From a virus (lineage: Duplodnaviria > Caudoviricetes), in the IMG/VR virus record IMGVR_UViG_3300050330_000029, positions 1 to 48,774 of that record: a stretch of 48,774 nucleotides of DNA, one strand, 5' to 3'. Below are positions 35,640-44,870 of the stretch, in pieces (position 1 is the first letter of the stretch; each line of letters starts with the position of its first letter). A model generated the notes under the pieces. It saw nothing but the letters and a program-made list of their open reading frames with translations, made no database searches and was not told the DNA's origin. Made by a program: the position numbers and the translations under genes.

Positions 35640-36128
35640 TTAGAACGGTGGCTCTTCATCGTTGGGATACTGCCTACAGTCCGCAAGCCGTTCGTCCTCA
35701 ATCCATCGCTCCACTTCGTACAGTTGATGGACCCACTGCTTTGTCGCCGTTCGTTCCTCGGCTCCGTACCTCCCGGCTTCCGCGAGATGGATCGCCACCC
35801 AGCCGGTAAGGTTGCCAATGGTTTGCTCGAGCGTCTGCCACCGGTCATCGTGGATCCCCTTGCGCTGCGCCCACAGGTCGTCCATCGGATTAGCCGGGTC
35901 GTCGAGCCATGCGGCCTGCCGAGCGACTTGTGCCCGTAGCTGCTCGATACGGTCCTGGTACTCGCGTGCCTTGCTGACCGCGCGGCGCATGGTGCGTAGC
36001 GCCTCCTCGGTTCGGGTCGCTTCCCGGATCGCTGCTCGGCCCGTAGCGCGTGCGTATTTCGATCCCGGCGGACGAAGAACGTGTCCCTGAGCGCCATCCG
36101 GGCCGATCTGGCCTCTCTGTCCCGGCAC
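35640..36128 (-). CDS. Hypothetical protein (start uncertain)
   Basis: Helical, ends EEPPF. Confidence 0.55.
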   Translation of the reverse strand: MPGQRGQIGPDGAQGHVLRPPGSKYARATGRAAIREATRTEEALRTMRRAVSKAREYQDRIEQLRAQVARQAAWLDDPANPMDDLWAQRKGIHDDRWQTLEQTIGNLTGWVAIHLAEAGRYGAEERTATKQWVHQLYEVERWIEDERLADCRQYPNDEEPPF

Positions 36129-36187
36129 ATCTACGCCGCCTTCCCGGTCAAAAGCGACGCCTCGGCCCAATTCCTACGCACGGACAT

Positions 36188-36604
36188 CTACGCCGCCTTC
36201 CTGCTCGTAATGGGAACCTCGCCCTGTACGCCGCTGTACTCGTCCACCATCTCCAGCCAGGTCAGATAGGTGATGAACTCCTCGCGATACCGCCGTAGAA
36301 ATTCAGAGGCCTCCGGAGATACGTCTCGTGCGCTTGCGATTCGGACCCCCGGCGTTCCATCTGGTTTCTGACCGACCTCAACGGTGTACGCCGGACTCTC
36401 CATCAGTTCATGCAGCGCCCGGCGCAGACGGTGATTGCGCTGCTGCTCGGGCGGCCATGTCTTGACGTTGAACGGGTCGATCACGAGGCCAACCGAATCG
36501 ACTGCGGCGGTCGCCATCGTATTGGTCTCCGCCACAACCGTGTCCGCCCCGCTACCGATCCCGATGATCTCGTTGACAGTCCGGGTGCCCTTGCGCTCGG
36601 TCAT
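36188..36604 (-). CDS. Hypothetical (TubC-N-like helical domain)
   Basis: EFLRRYREEFITYL; ATGA coupling. Confidence 0.65.
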   Translation of the reverse strand: MTERKGTRTVNEIIGIGSGADTVVAETNTMATAAVDSVGLVIDPFNVKTWPPEQQRNHRLRRALHELMESPAYTVEVGQKPDGTPGVRIASARDVSPEASEFLRRYREEFITYLTWLEMVDEYSGVQGEVPITSRKAA

Positions 36605-36894
36605 GCCGTCCACCCCCCTTCTACGCGCTCATGCCAGAACAGATCATTGCCACAGATAACGCGGAACTCTTTTAGTGTCATATCGCCTTTCTTTTGATTG
36701 CAAGCACGGCAACTTGCCACCAAATTACTGGGATCATTTGTGCCGCCCTTTGCGATCGGTAAGACGTGGTCGATCTCGAAGGACATCTCGCCCAATCGGC
36801 TCAACTCAGCTCCGCAGTACCAGCACCGGGAATCAGTGCGACGCAATACAAGTTTCTTCACCGCCGCCGGGATACGGGCTCTTCTCGCCGTCAT
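36601..36894 (-). CDS. HNH endonuclease
   Basis: CWYCG, IDHVLPIAKGGTND.SNLVASCRACN. Confidence 0.9.
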   Translation of the reverse strand: MTARRARIPAAVKKLVLRRTDSRCWYCGAELSRLGEMSFEIDHVLPIAKGGTNDPSNLVASCRACNQKKGDMTLKEFRVICGNDLFWHERVEGGWTA

Positions 36895-37595
36895 AGCCAC
36901 CCACCTTCATCCGGCACAGGGGTAGTGACAGGAACGGGGACGCGATTCGATCGAAACCCAATCGACCACGGCTGCTTGATTTCCGCCACCGAATCGGCCC
37001 AGAGGTTGCTGATCGTTCTGCATCCGAAGAAATTGCAATCAAAATCGTCTACTCGACTGATCCGAGCGAAAAACAATCGATCGCCATCCAGGACATAGAG
37101 GCCGTCATAGATCGCTATGAGGTATCGCAACGCAAGCGGTGTCTTTCGTCTTGGGCGAATCTTCCCAGTACGCACACCTTCAGTACCGAAGAAACGGGGA
37201 GCGTCCAGGATCCAAAGCACTTGCCCGTGATAATCCGAGTTGCGTTGTTTCAGCTCATCGATGTCGATCGACGACTGCTGGCACTCCACGGCAATATGCT
37301 TGCCATTCACGAGAACGACGACATCTGCCCTTCTTGCGCCATCACACATCACCACTTCGAGTTCCGGATTCAAGCTGCGCATTCCATCGAACATCCGCAG
37401 CTTCATTTCGAGATGTCGCATCGTTTCGCCGGCAAAGTCACATGGGCTCTGCGGTCGATGCGCGAAGTGATGAACGACCCGCGCTCCCTTCTTCAGCACC
37501 ACGGACTCACCGCAGGCCGGACAGACGTACTGCTCGCCTCGGGCCGCAACTTCCGCAACCACACGATGTTTCGAGGCGTTCAGCGCGACGAGCAC
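36891..37595 (-). CDS. CoiA-like PD-(D/E)xK nuclease
   Basis: CPACG..V.LKKG...HHFAH, ET.RH, ADV...AVECQ.S. Confidence 0.82.
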   Translation of the reverse strand: MLVALNASKHRVVAEVAARGEQYVCPACGESVVLKKGARVVHHFAHRPQSPCDFAGETMRHLEMKLRMFDGMRSLNPELEVVMCDGARRADVVVLVNGKHIAVECQQSSIDIDELKQRNSDYHGQVLWILDAPRFFGTEGVRTGKIRPRRKTPLALRYLIAIYDGLYVLDGDRLFFARISRVDDFDCNFFGCRTISNLWADSVAEIKQPWSIGFRSNRVPVPVTTPVPDEGGWL

Positions 37596-37625
37596 GATCG
37601 TCCCTCCAGCACGTTATGTCTCTCT

Positions 37626-37787
37626 GTGAACGTCGTGAACGTTGTGAACCTTTTCCCCCCGTATATGGCGTTTCGCAATTCCTGCGAATTTCCGTGCGTA
37701 CGGTAGAAACGTTCACGACGTTCACAACGTTCACGAAAACTTACATAATGTGCGGTCATGGCGGTCGGGGTGAACGTCGTGAACGTT
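37626..37787. repeat. Iteron array, likely replication origin
   Basis: GTGAAC at 9-bp period: 3 forward, 3 inverted, 2 forward, just downstream of primase gene. Confidence 0.8.
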
Positions 37788-37812
37788 TCCCGGTAGTTGC
37801 TAAAACTTCGCA

Positions 37813-40263
37813 TCACAGCCAGTCCTCGCCGGCGTAGGCTGTTTGCGGTTCCTGGGGAGCGTCGAACGGCATCGCTGCCTGTTCGTTGGCGTCCAGGCGC
37901 CACTGCTGAGCGCCCTGTTTGGTGCCGGCCGCTGCAATCCGGACCGTTGTCTCGCCGAGCGTGTAGTACCGGTCTTTGAGATGTTTGAGTTCCTTTCCAA
38001 GCCGCGTTTTCTGGCTGCGTTCGTTGCCCGTGCCGACGTCAAGGCCGGTCTCCATCGCAATGGCAAACAGGTCGCCTACCCCGGTCACACGTCCTGCGTG
38101 TTGCTGCCACCAAGCGTTCAGGAACTCGCGGATCGACGAGCCCTCGCTGTCGGATGCCTCATAGAACTCATTCAGGTTTTCGAGAAATCCGGGGATACCA
38201 ACCGTATGCAGTACGCCGCCCATAACCAGCGCCCAATGCTCGAACGAGCCGAGGGTGCGCGGAACGGCGGCCTCCGGTTTACCTGCTGCGATCCACGCCT
38301 TCCCAAGCGTCAGGCACGCTGCAATCAGTTCTCCCCGATGTTCCTGTGCCCATAACGCGAGGTGCGCATGTCGGAACTCGGTCCGCTCCCATGGCCGATC
38401 GCGTTTGGCGTCCATGCGGATACGAATCGTGCGACGAGATATTTCAGCGGAGAGCGCGGGATTGTTCCCAGTTGCGACCCATGCACAGCGATTCGGGAGG
38501 GTAATAGTCTCGGATTGTCCGAGCTTGCGATCCTGCCAAAGCTCGCTCGTTAGGACAGCGGATACGGCGGCTGAGTCCAACGGTTTCCGGAGGTTATCAA
38601 TGACGGCATACGTGGGAGATGTTCGGAGGAGCGCCGTGATTCGTTTGCGCCATTCGTCCTCGTCTTCGCCTTCCGTCATCACGGGTAATCCGCGGCCGAC
38701 AGCGACCGTCGAAACGACAGCGATGAGCAAGCCGGCGCCCGTGCCCGCCTGCGGTTTCTCGATCAAATGCAGCGGCGTCGGACCTTCGATGACGGGGCGC
38801 AGAGTTGGGAGTAGCAGCATCGCGATTGCGTGCGCTCGTTCAGCGTCTCCCGTAAACGGGAAATCACCAAGCAGCTCGTCACGAATCAGCGCAACCGCGG
38901 CCCGCATCTGTGCCGGTGTCGGGTTCTCCGGCACCTCAGGTATCGTCAGCCCCGGCGCTGGGGCATAGAACAGGCGGGACGACTCGTGGTAGCCCGGTTG
39001 CAGGGACACGGACCCATCCGGGCCGATAACCGGCGCTTGGACGATGCCATGCAGGACCGGAAGCGGGTACGACCTGGCGGCCAGCATATTCCGGATGACC
39101 GCGGTGGGCGGCATCGCCGGGACTCGTTGCTTCGCGCGCTCGTTCCATTTGTCCCAAAGGGTCGCCTCTGCGACCTCATGCCGTAGCCGATCCACGTCGA
39201 TCAGTTGTGGGATTGGCTCGTTGTTCTCTCCCTGGCCAATGCGTGTCGGTGCATTACCGAACAGGAAGTTCGCGGGGTTGCGTCCGTTGAAGGCCGCGAG
39301 CCGTTCCCACGCTTGCGCGGAGATCGTCGGTAAGTGTTGTTCGCCAGCGTCGAGGGGACCCTCGGATGCCTCGCTCCCCAGGTGTCTCCGGAAGTCAACA
39401 ACTTTACCTTTGCCCTCGTATCGGTCTCCGGGTAGCTTGATCGCGTTCTCGATCGTCCGGCGCAGGTAGGTCCTGTTGGTGTCCCATTTCTCGCGTTGCA
39501 AGCCGCTGAGTCTGAGGATGCGCTCGATCTGGTCCGCGTCCTGCGTGTAGAACTTCAGGATGCCGGCAACCGCGGCATCGGCCTCAGAGTCCGATCCATA
39601 GCCGCTTGTGTCGCCTTCGAGCAGGCGTCGCAGCTTGTCGCCATTGGCCGCTCGTAAGGCCTTATCGAGAAGCTCCTCATCGGACATCGGAGGGGGTGGC
39701 GCATCGTCTTGGGTGACCGCGATCACCGGCGCGAAGCGTTCCGCGTGAAACGTGGCCAGCGTCTCCGTGCAGTCCTCTCCGACCTCGTTACCGTCGAGCG
39801 CCTGCCCCGTGACGGTCGCGAACCGTGCCCGGTCGTAGACCTCGATCTTCCCCTTGCGGTTGCCGCCCGCTGGCAGCGTGCCCCGGCCAATGCCGTGCAG
39901 GCCACTCCCACTGGGCGACACTTCCCAATAGATCGGAAAGCGGTCCACGATCTCCGCCGCCCACGGCTCGGTGACATCGATATCGCGCGCATCGTCGAGG
40001 TCGATGAAAAAATAGGGATCGGACGCCGCGAAGACAAACCCGATCCCGTCGTGCTGCCCCCACTCCATCGAGAGGGTCGCCTCGCCGAACGATGACCAGG
40101 TATCGGGGTCCGTGGTCGACGCGAGCGCTCCCGTCTTTGCGGAGATGGGAACCTTGGTTCGTTTCTCGCCGCGTGTTTCGTAGCGCCAGCAGACCCACTG
40201 CGAGAGTCGCTTGAGCTCCTGGGGCACGTTGTCGGTGTAGAGGGGCACAGGGAAGGCGCTCAT
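37813..40263 (-). CDS. Primase-polymerase (AEP, NrS-1-like) fused to helicase-like domain
   Basis: QWVCW, KVP, FIDLDD, EVSPSGSGLH, IEVYD..RF.TVTG; GTGAG, IDN, ATGNN, RR. Confidence 0.88.
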   Translation of the reverse strand: MSAFPVPLYTDNVPQELKRLSQWVCWRYETRGEKRTKVPISAKTGALASTTDPDTWSSFGEATLSMEWGQHDGIGFVFAASDPYFFIDLDDARDIDVTEPWAAEIVDRFPIYWEVSPSGSGLHGIGRGTLPAGGNRKGKIEVYDRARFATVTGQALDGNEVGEDCTETLATFHAERFAPVIAVTQDDAPPPPMSDEELLDKALRAANGDKLRRLLEGDTSGYGSDSEADAAVAGILKFYTQDADQIERILRLSGLQREKWDTNRTYLRRTIENAIKLPGDRYEGKGKVVDFRRHLGSEASEGPLDAGEQHLPTISAQAWERLAAFNGRNPANFLFGNAPTRIGQGENNEPIPQLIDVDRLRHEVAEATLWDKWNERAKQRVPAMPPTAVIRNMLAARSYPLPVLHGIVQAPVIGPDGSVSLQPGYHESSRLFYAPAPGLTIPEVPENPTPAQMRAAVALIRDELLGDFPFTGDAERAHAIAMLLLPTLRPVIEGPTPLHLIEKPQAGTGAGLLIAVVSTVAVGRGLPVMTEGEDEDEWRKRITALLRTSPTYAVIDNLRKPLDSAAVSAVLTSELWQDRKLGQSETITLPNRCAWVATGNNPALSAEISRRTIRIRMDAKRDRPWERTEFRHAHLALWAQEHRGELIAACLTLGKAWIAAGKPEAAVPRTLGSFEHWALVMGGVLHTVGIPGFLENLNEFYEASDSEGSSIREFLNAWWQQHAGRVTGVGDLFAIAMETGLDVGTGNERSQKTRLGKELKHLKDRYYTLGETTVRIAAAGTKQGAQQWRLDANEQAAMPFDAPQEPQTAYAGEDWL

Positions 40264-40998
40264 CTACAGCAGTCGAATCTGCGAATTCGCAATGGGTGCA
40301 AGATGGGCACTCATTTGCGGGCGCTCAAAAAACCGGAAATCCCCGTCCTCGCTTTGTTCCAATGTCCATGGAGCGTGGATGCGTTCCACGAACGCAGTGG
40401 AATACCGCGTGATCGTCCGAGCACCCCATTCGTCAGTCACGTGATCGTCGTAGTTCACGATCCAACATTCGTAGAGCGCTTGTTCATAAAGGAAATAGAT
40501 AGGCACGTCTCGGCCGGCAAGCGCTTTCACGATCGCGGCGACGCGCCCCTGCGATTTCTCGAAATCTCGTTTCGGCCGATAGTCCTTAAAGAAGAGGGTG
40601 GAGTCCAGGACCCACACCATGGGGCCGATTTGGTTGTAATCGAATTCGCGCCGTTCGAGCTCCTCGACCGAGAGAGGCGAGTGCTGGCATTCAACGACCA
40701 CGCGCTGCCCATCATCCGTAACGAGCACGTCGGCCCGCCGTCGACCAAGAACCGGCACCTCCAGTTCAGCGCAATCGCCGAGACCATCCGCGATCGTTTC
40801 CTTCATTTCCATGTGCCGGACGGTTTCCCCCGTCGCGAAGTCACAGCTTGCGCCCGGCCTGTGGGCGAAATGGTGAATGACTTGCACACCCTTCTTCAGC
40901 GTGACCTCCAACCCACACCCAGGGCAGAAATAATCGAAGCCGCGCTCGGCATATCGCCCTTGCCAACGTGCGCCATTGGCGTCTCTTGCAATTAACAT
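40264..40998 (-). CDS. CoiA-like nuclease (second paralogue)
   Basis: CPGCG..V.LKKG...HHFAHRP, ET.RH, RRADV...VVECQHS. Confidence 0.82.
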   Translation of the reverse strand: MLIARDANGARWQGRYAERGFDYFCPGCGLEVTLKKGVQVIHHFAHRPGASCDFATGETVRHMEMKETIADGLGDCAELEVPVLGRRRADVLVTDDGQRVVVECQHSPLSVEELERREFDYNQIGPMVWVLDSTLFFKDYRPKRDFEKSQGRVAAIVKALAGRDVPIYFLYEQALYECWIVNYDDHVTDEWGARTITRYSTAFVERIHAPWTLEQSEDGDFRFFERPQMSAHLAPIANSQIRLL

Positions 40999-41094
40999 GA
41001 CAACAGCCGTACTCCCTCGGTGCTGCTGCGCCCTTGGTGGGTCGGTTAGCGCGGGGCCCGGATGACAGTCCAAGCCCCGCGCGCTCTTGTTGGG

Positions 41095-41628
41095 CTATGC
41101 CCAGTCGGAATTAGTTGCGGCCGCTGCGGACTCCCCTACTGGCGCAACGGTGTCCATCGAACAATCGGTGCCCTTGGGCTTCCCGTTGTCGTCGAGGTTT
41201 TGGGACGGCTGCAGGTAGGCCGTGAACTCACCTTCGAGCATCTTAATTGGGTCCGGTACGCTGCCCGGCGTGATGGATTCCCCGGTCACTGCCTTGTAGA
41301 TCTTCCCGAGGTTCGACCCCTTGCTGAACACGTAGGTGACCCACAACGTGACCTGCTTACCGTTGCCAGGACCGCCCTGAACCTCGAGCAGCAGGATCGT
41401 TTTCTCTTGCATGCCGCCACCGAACTCAGCGGATTTCGGCCGTTCGAACGGTTCGGCGAACGCCTTTAGCTTCAGGCGGTATTCGCCCTTGGGCGGGATC
41501 TGAATCGCGAGGCGCTCCTCTTGTGTCTGTTCGCGGGTTGCAATGCTGCCATCGTCCTGCTTGTAGACCCAAATGGTCGGAGAGATGTCTTTGGCCTGTC
41601 GTGCGTACTGGGAAACTTCTGCAACCAC
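41095..41628 (-). CDS. SSB-like / replication protein
   Basis: IPPKGEY, beta-rich, acidic-aromatic C-terminus; next to annealing protein. Confidence 0.55.
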   Translation of the reverse strand: MVAEVSQYARQAKDISPTIWVYKQDDGSIATREQTQEERLAIQIPPKGEYRLKLKAFAEPFERPKSAEFGGGMQEKTILLLEVQGGPGNGKQVTLWVTYVFSKGSNLGKIYKAVTGESITPGSVPDPIKMLEGEFTAYLQPSQNLDDNGKPKGTDCSMDTVAPVGESAAAATNSDWA

Positions 41629-41646
41629 GTTGATGTGTCCTTTGCG

Positions 41647-42145
41647 TTATGCAATCTCGAGTGCGAGTTGCGTGATGCTTGTTGACAGTTCCGGTGCTGC
41701 GGGGCCGGTGCCCCCTGAAGGCTGATGTGGTGAGTCATTGAATTCGGGAGGCGCCCGTGCCTCTTCCGTAGCCCCACCTGATCGCTCGATCTCCCGCACA
41801 TCAGCGGAGTAGTAGTTGCCGGACCCGCACCCGGTAGATGTCGCCGGCCGTGGTTTCGTCCATGACCTCGACCGAAAGGCCACGCTGGCCGATCAGCTGA
41901 TCGGCCAGACGGGCGTTGGGATAGAGGATCTTGTTTCCACGCAGGTTGAGCACATCGAACGGTTGCGTGCGCGCATCGACGCCCATCGCATCGCACCGGG
42001 CGATATACACCTGCAGGATCTGCTCGTCGCTCAGCCCGTTGAGGTTGCCGCGCGCGATCAGATCGAGCACACCGGCATGCTGCTGGTTGATCGATGGCAT
42101 GGCTACCAGATTCGGTTCCTCGTGTTTTGCCAGTCTGTTTTCCAT
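41647..42145 (-). pseudogene. Single-strand annealing protein, N-terminal half only
   Basis: GNLNGLSDEQ..Y..RC...G.DARTQPF...ILY; stops after YRVRVR, C-terminal remnant in another frame. Confidence 0.6.
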
Positions 42146-42164
42146 GGTCCTGTTTCCTGTCTCG

Positions 42165-42389
42165 TTAGAAGATCGATACGGACATGCACATGGCGACGAT
42201 GACTCCGGCCAGAAACGACCCAGCCGCCACGACGGCCAGCCGCGCATCCTGCTGGGTGAGCACCACCCGCGGCGTCCAATTGCGCCGCCGCTGCTTCGAA
42301 CGCTTGCGCTGTTCCCGGCGATGCCGGTGGGCGTTGGCGTTGGTCAGATCCCGCAGCTGCGGAAAGAGCGGGGAGGCGTGCCGGTTCAT
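42165..42389 (-). CDS. Small basic protein with C-terminal TM
   Basis: MNRHASPLF...; ATGA overlap with the restored upstream frame. Confidence 0.55.
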   Translation of the reverse strand: MNRHASPLFPQLRDLTNANAHRHRREQRKRSKQRRRNWTPRVVLTQQDARLAVVAAGSFLAGVIVAMCMSVSIF

Positions 42390-42821
42390 GGCAGGCACTC
42401 CCCGTCCAACTCGATGGCGCCGAGGCGCTGCTCGATGCCGCGCAATACGTCGCTCAGCCGCAGATCGTTGCGGCCGGTTTGCTCCAACCGCGCGACTCGC
42501 TCGGCCAGCGCTCCGATCCCGGCCACTACTCCCGGCCACTACATCGGCCAGGTTCGGCGGATCGCCCCGCTCGGCTCGTTCCAGCCGCCGCAATCGCTCG
42601 GCATGACTCGTCTGCACCTTGGCCGCGATCCCCAGCCCGATGCGCGTATCGCGTCCCAGGGCGGTCAATCCACCGACCGCGGTGTTCAGGCCGCGCACCG
42701 CGTGCCACAACAGCTCCGTCTCGTGCTCCAGTCGCGTGATCCGCTCCTCGAAGCCGAGCTCCTCCGCCAACCGTTCGGCGCGGCGTTGGTCGATGATCGC
42801 GGTGGCTCCCCGGGCGGTCAT
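42386..42821 (-). pseudogene. Coiled-coil gene frameshifted by 13-bp duplication
   Basis: tcccggccactac x2 at 42517-42542. Confidence 0.65.
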
Positions 42822-43045
42822 CGGTTCACCTGCCAGTCGGCGCAGTCGAACGCGTCGTTCTCGCGCAGCTCGATCCAGGCGACCACCTGCGCGGCCTGCT
42901 CCTCGGTGAGGTAGGCCCCAGCGACCTTCCCGAACTCCTGCCGGATGTAGCTGTAGACGTCGAACACCGGATCGGCGTCGATGATGCGCCGTAGTTGCTC
43001 CGGCGTGGCCATGTCGGTGAACGGAATGACGACAGGTGCGCTCAT
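42818..43045 (-). CDS. Hypothetical protein
   Basis: MSAPVVIPF...LTEEQAAQVV. Confidence 0.65.
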   Translation of the reverse strand: MSAPVVIPFTDMATPEQLRRIIDADPVFDVYSYIRQEFGKVAGAYLTEEQAAQVVAWIELRENDAFDCADWQVNR

Positions 43046-43613
43046 TGCTTCCACCCGTCGTTCTGCGAATCGCTCACGTTCGGGTCGAGCATCGGCTCGT
43101 CGGTGGGCATCTCGAGACGTGCGCACTCCGCACGGGCGATGTCGTTGGTTTGGTAGAGCAGTTGCTCGACCCGCTGCCGGACATCTCGAGACGTGCGCAC
43201 TCCGCACGGGCGATGTCGTTGGTTTGGTAGAGCAGTTGCTCGACCCGCTGCCGGACATCGGTGGCGTCCGGTCCATCGACGGAGACGGCGGTCTCGAACT
43301 GAAAGCCTTTGGCTGTTTGTTTGGTCGAGATCCGCATATGGACGTTGTCAGAGTCGGCCGTCACCAGCTCGCCGAACATCGGCTGCGGTTGGCTGGCTAG
43401 TTCATCGACTTTACGGCTGAGATCCTTGAGCCGTGTCCGGTACACCGTGTCGGCCAGCAGCTCGCGAAATGAATCGCAGAGATGCTCTGCGAACGCATCC
43501 TCGAGCCGCTCAAGTCGTTCCTCGACCGTCCGTTCCGACTGCTCGGGCGAATCCCCCAAGGCGGATTCCTGCTCCGCCTGCGCGGCTTCCTGCTCTGTGG
43601 TTGTTGCACTCAT
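43042..43613 (-). pseudogene. Gene with 3' frameshift from 74-bp tandem duplication
   Basis: Identical units 43108-43181 and 43182-43255. Confidence 0.65.
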
Positions 43614-43674
43614 GTAGAATTCCTCCGTAGAACTCTTGCTAGGGGTTCGATGAGCCGCGCGGGTGTGTCCTCAC

Positions 43675-44004
43675 CTACGCGGCTCGCTTCTTTTGCGCCG
43701 GTCCATCCGGCGGTTCCGGGTCGTCATTGCGGCTGTGAACCAGATACAGCCGGTCCTTGCGGTCCTCCCGCCATTGCCGGTCGAACCACGGGCTATCGAT
43801 CCCTTTTCCCGTGAGCGCCCGGCCCACGAACTGCACACCTGCGTGCAACCGCTCGACCTTGCGCACGATCGGGCGATAGGCCCGGATCAGCCGCTGCTGT
43901 TCCTCGGGATCGATCACCCCGTCCCTGCTGACCTCCGTCAGCAACGCGCTGTAGTTCTCCACCCCCTCGACCAATGCGAGCGTGATGATTGCGGGGCGAC
44001 TCAT
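43675..44004 (-). CDS. Phage regulatory protein (CII-like DGxIxxxE motif)
   Basis: GAGGAG RBS; DGVIDPEEQQRL. Confidence 0.55.
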   Translation of the reverse strand: MSRPAIITLALVEGVENYSALLTEVSRDGVIDPEEQQRLIRAYRPIVRKVERLHAGVQFVGRALTGKGIDSPWFDRQWREDRKDRLYLVHSRNDDPEPPDGPAQKKRAA

Positions 44005-44029
44005 TCCAGCTCCTCTCTGTGTCTGTGTG

Positions 44030-44570
44030 CGACTAGCCGCATGACCATCACGCGGCGCTACCGTGTGAACGGGCGGAAATGGGAGTAGCCATCGCCGCCC
44101 GGGTTCCACCCCATCCGAACGAAGGCGTCACATGGCCGCACCCTCCACGCAACCACCCAGGGCCACCAACGGCCGGACCTGCAGGCAACGCACAGGGAAT
44201 GCGCTTTCCCCGGGACATCCGGGAAAGCCACCTGCAGGTCGGGCCGCCCGGGTGAACGAACCCCGGACGAACCTCTGTGGGGCCTGGTGTCGCAGCAAGG
44301 CGACACCAGGCTGGGAAGGGAAAGAGCGGAGCGTCTGCGGCGCTCCACTGGGCTTGGGAGAGCGCATCACGGTGACGCGCTCTGGTCGAGTGACCAGGCC
44401 GGTGAGGGAGAAGTTTGTCCCGAGCTCGCACCGGCGGATCGCTCGACCAGAAGGCACCACGGGAGCGCACGGCCAGCCGGGACACGCGGCGGCTGACTGG
44501 CGCGAGGGGGACGCAAATGAGAGGAACTGAGGTCGCGTGTCCAAGGGGAAACTCCCGAATGCTCAGGTGG
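44030..44570 (-). ncRNA. Putative structured non-coding RNA / long leader
   Basis: About nine stems, most G-U pairs favour the minus strand; candidate pseudoknot; no credible ORF. Confidence 0.55.
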
Positions 44571-44810
44571 TTAGGCGGTCGTGTGATCGGCAATCAGATC
44601 GGCGTAGCGGTCGACATGGCCGCATGGGTTCGTCCACGTTTGGACGCTGTAGAACTCGCCGTCGTCACACTGGTTCAGGTTTCGCGGCTCGCCTCGCGGC
44701 CCACCGCATTTCGGGCAGCGGTCCGGGATGGTGATGGTTCGGAGCGCCACTCGCGTGGGACCGTAGCCCCACGCTGGTTCGGCGGATCGGTCACGGATCG
44801 TCACTTGCAT
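44571..44810 (-). CDS. Small Zn-finger protein
   Basis: CPKCGGPRG...NPCGHVD. Confidence 0.75.
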   Translation of the reverse strand: MQVTIRDRSAEPAWGYGPTRVALRTITIPDRCPKCGGPRGEPRNLNQCDDGEFYSVQTWTNPCGHVDRYADLIADHTTA

Positions 44811-44870
44811 CGGTCAAATCCCTTCGTACGTGGTTTCGTTCACCCGGGGACGGAAATGCTCAGGTGGTGG

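Noticed and set aside
35552-36130. 192-aa ORF as a dual-coding gene
   Set aside because: Middle is Arg/Ser/Gly-rich shadow of the overlapping frame; only the ends might be translated
43108-43259. Repeat pair as a DGR template/variable region
   Set aside because: Copies are identical and adjacent, with no adenine-specific differences and no reverse transcriptase in the window
44030-44570. tRNA or hammerhead ribozyme
   Set aside because: No T-loop/acceptor cloverleaf and no CUGANGA...GAAA core found by eye
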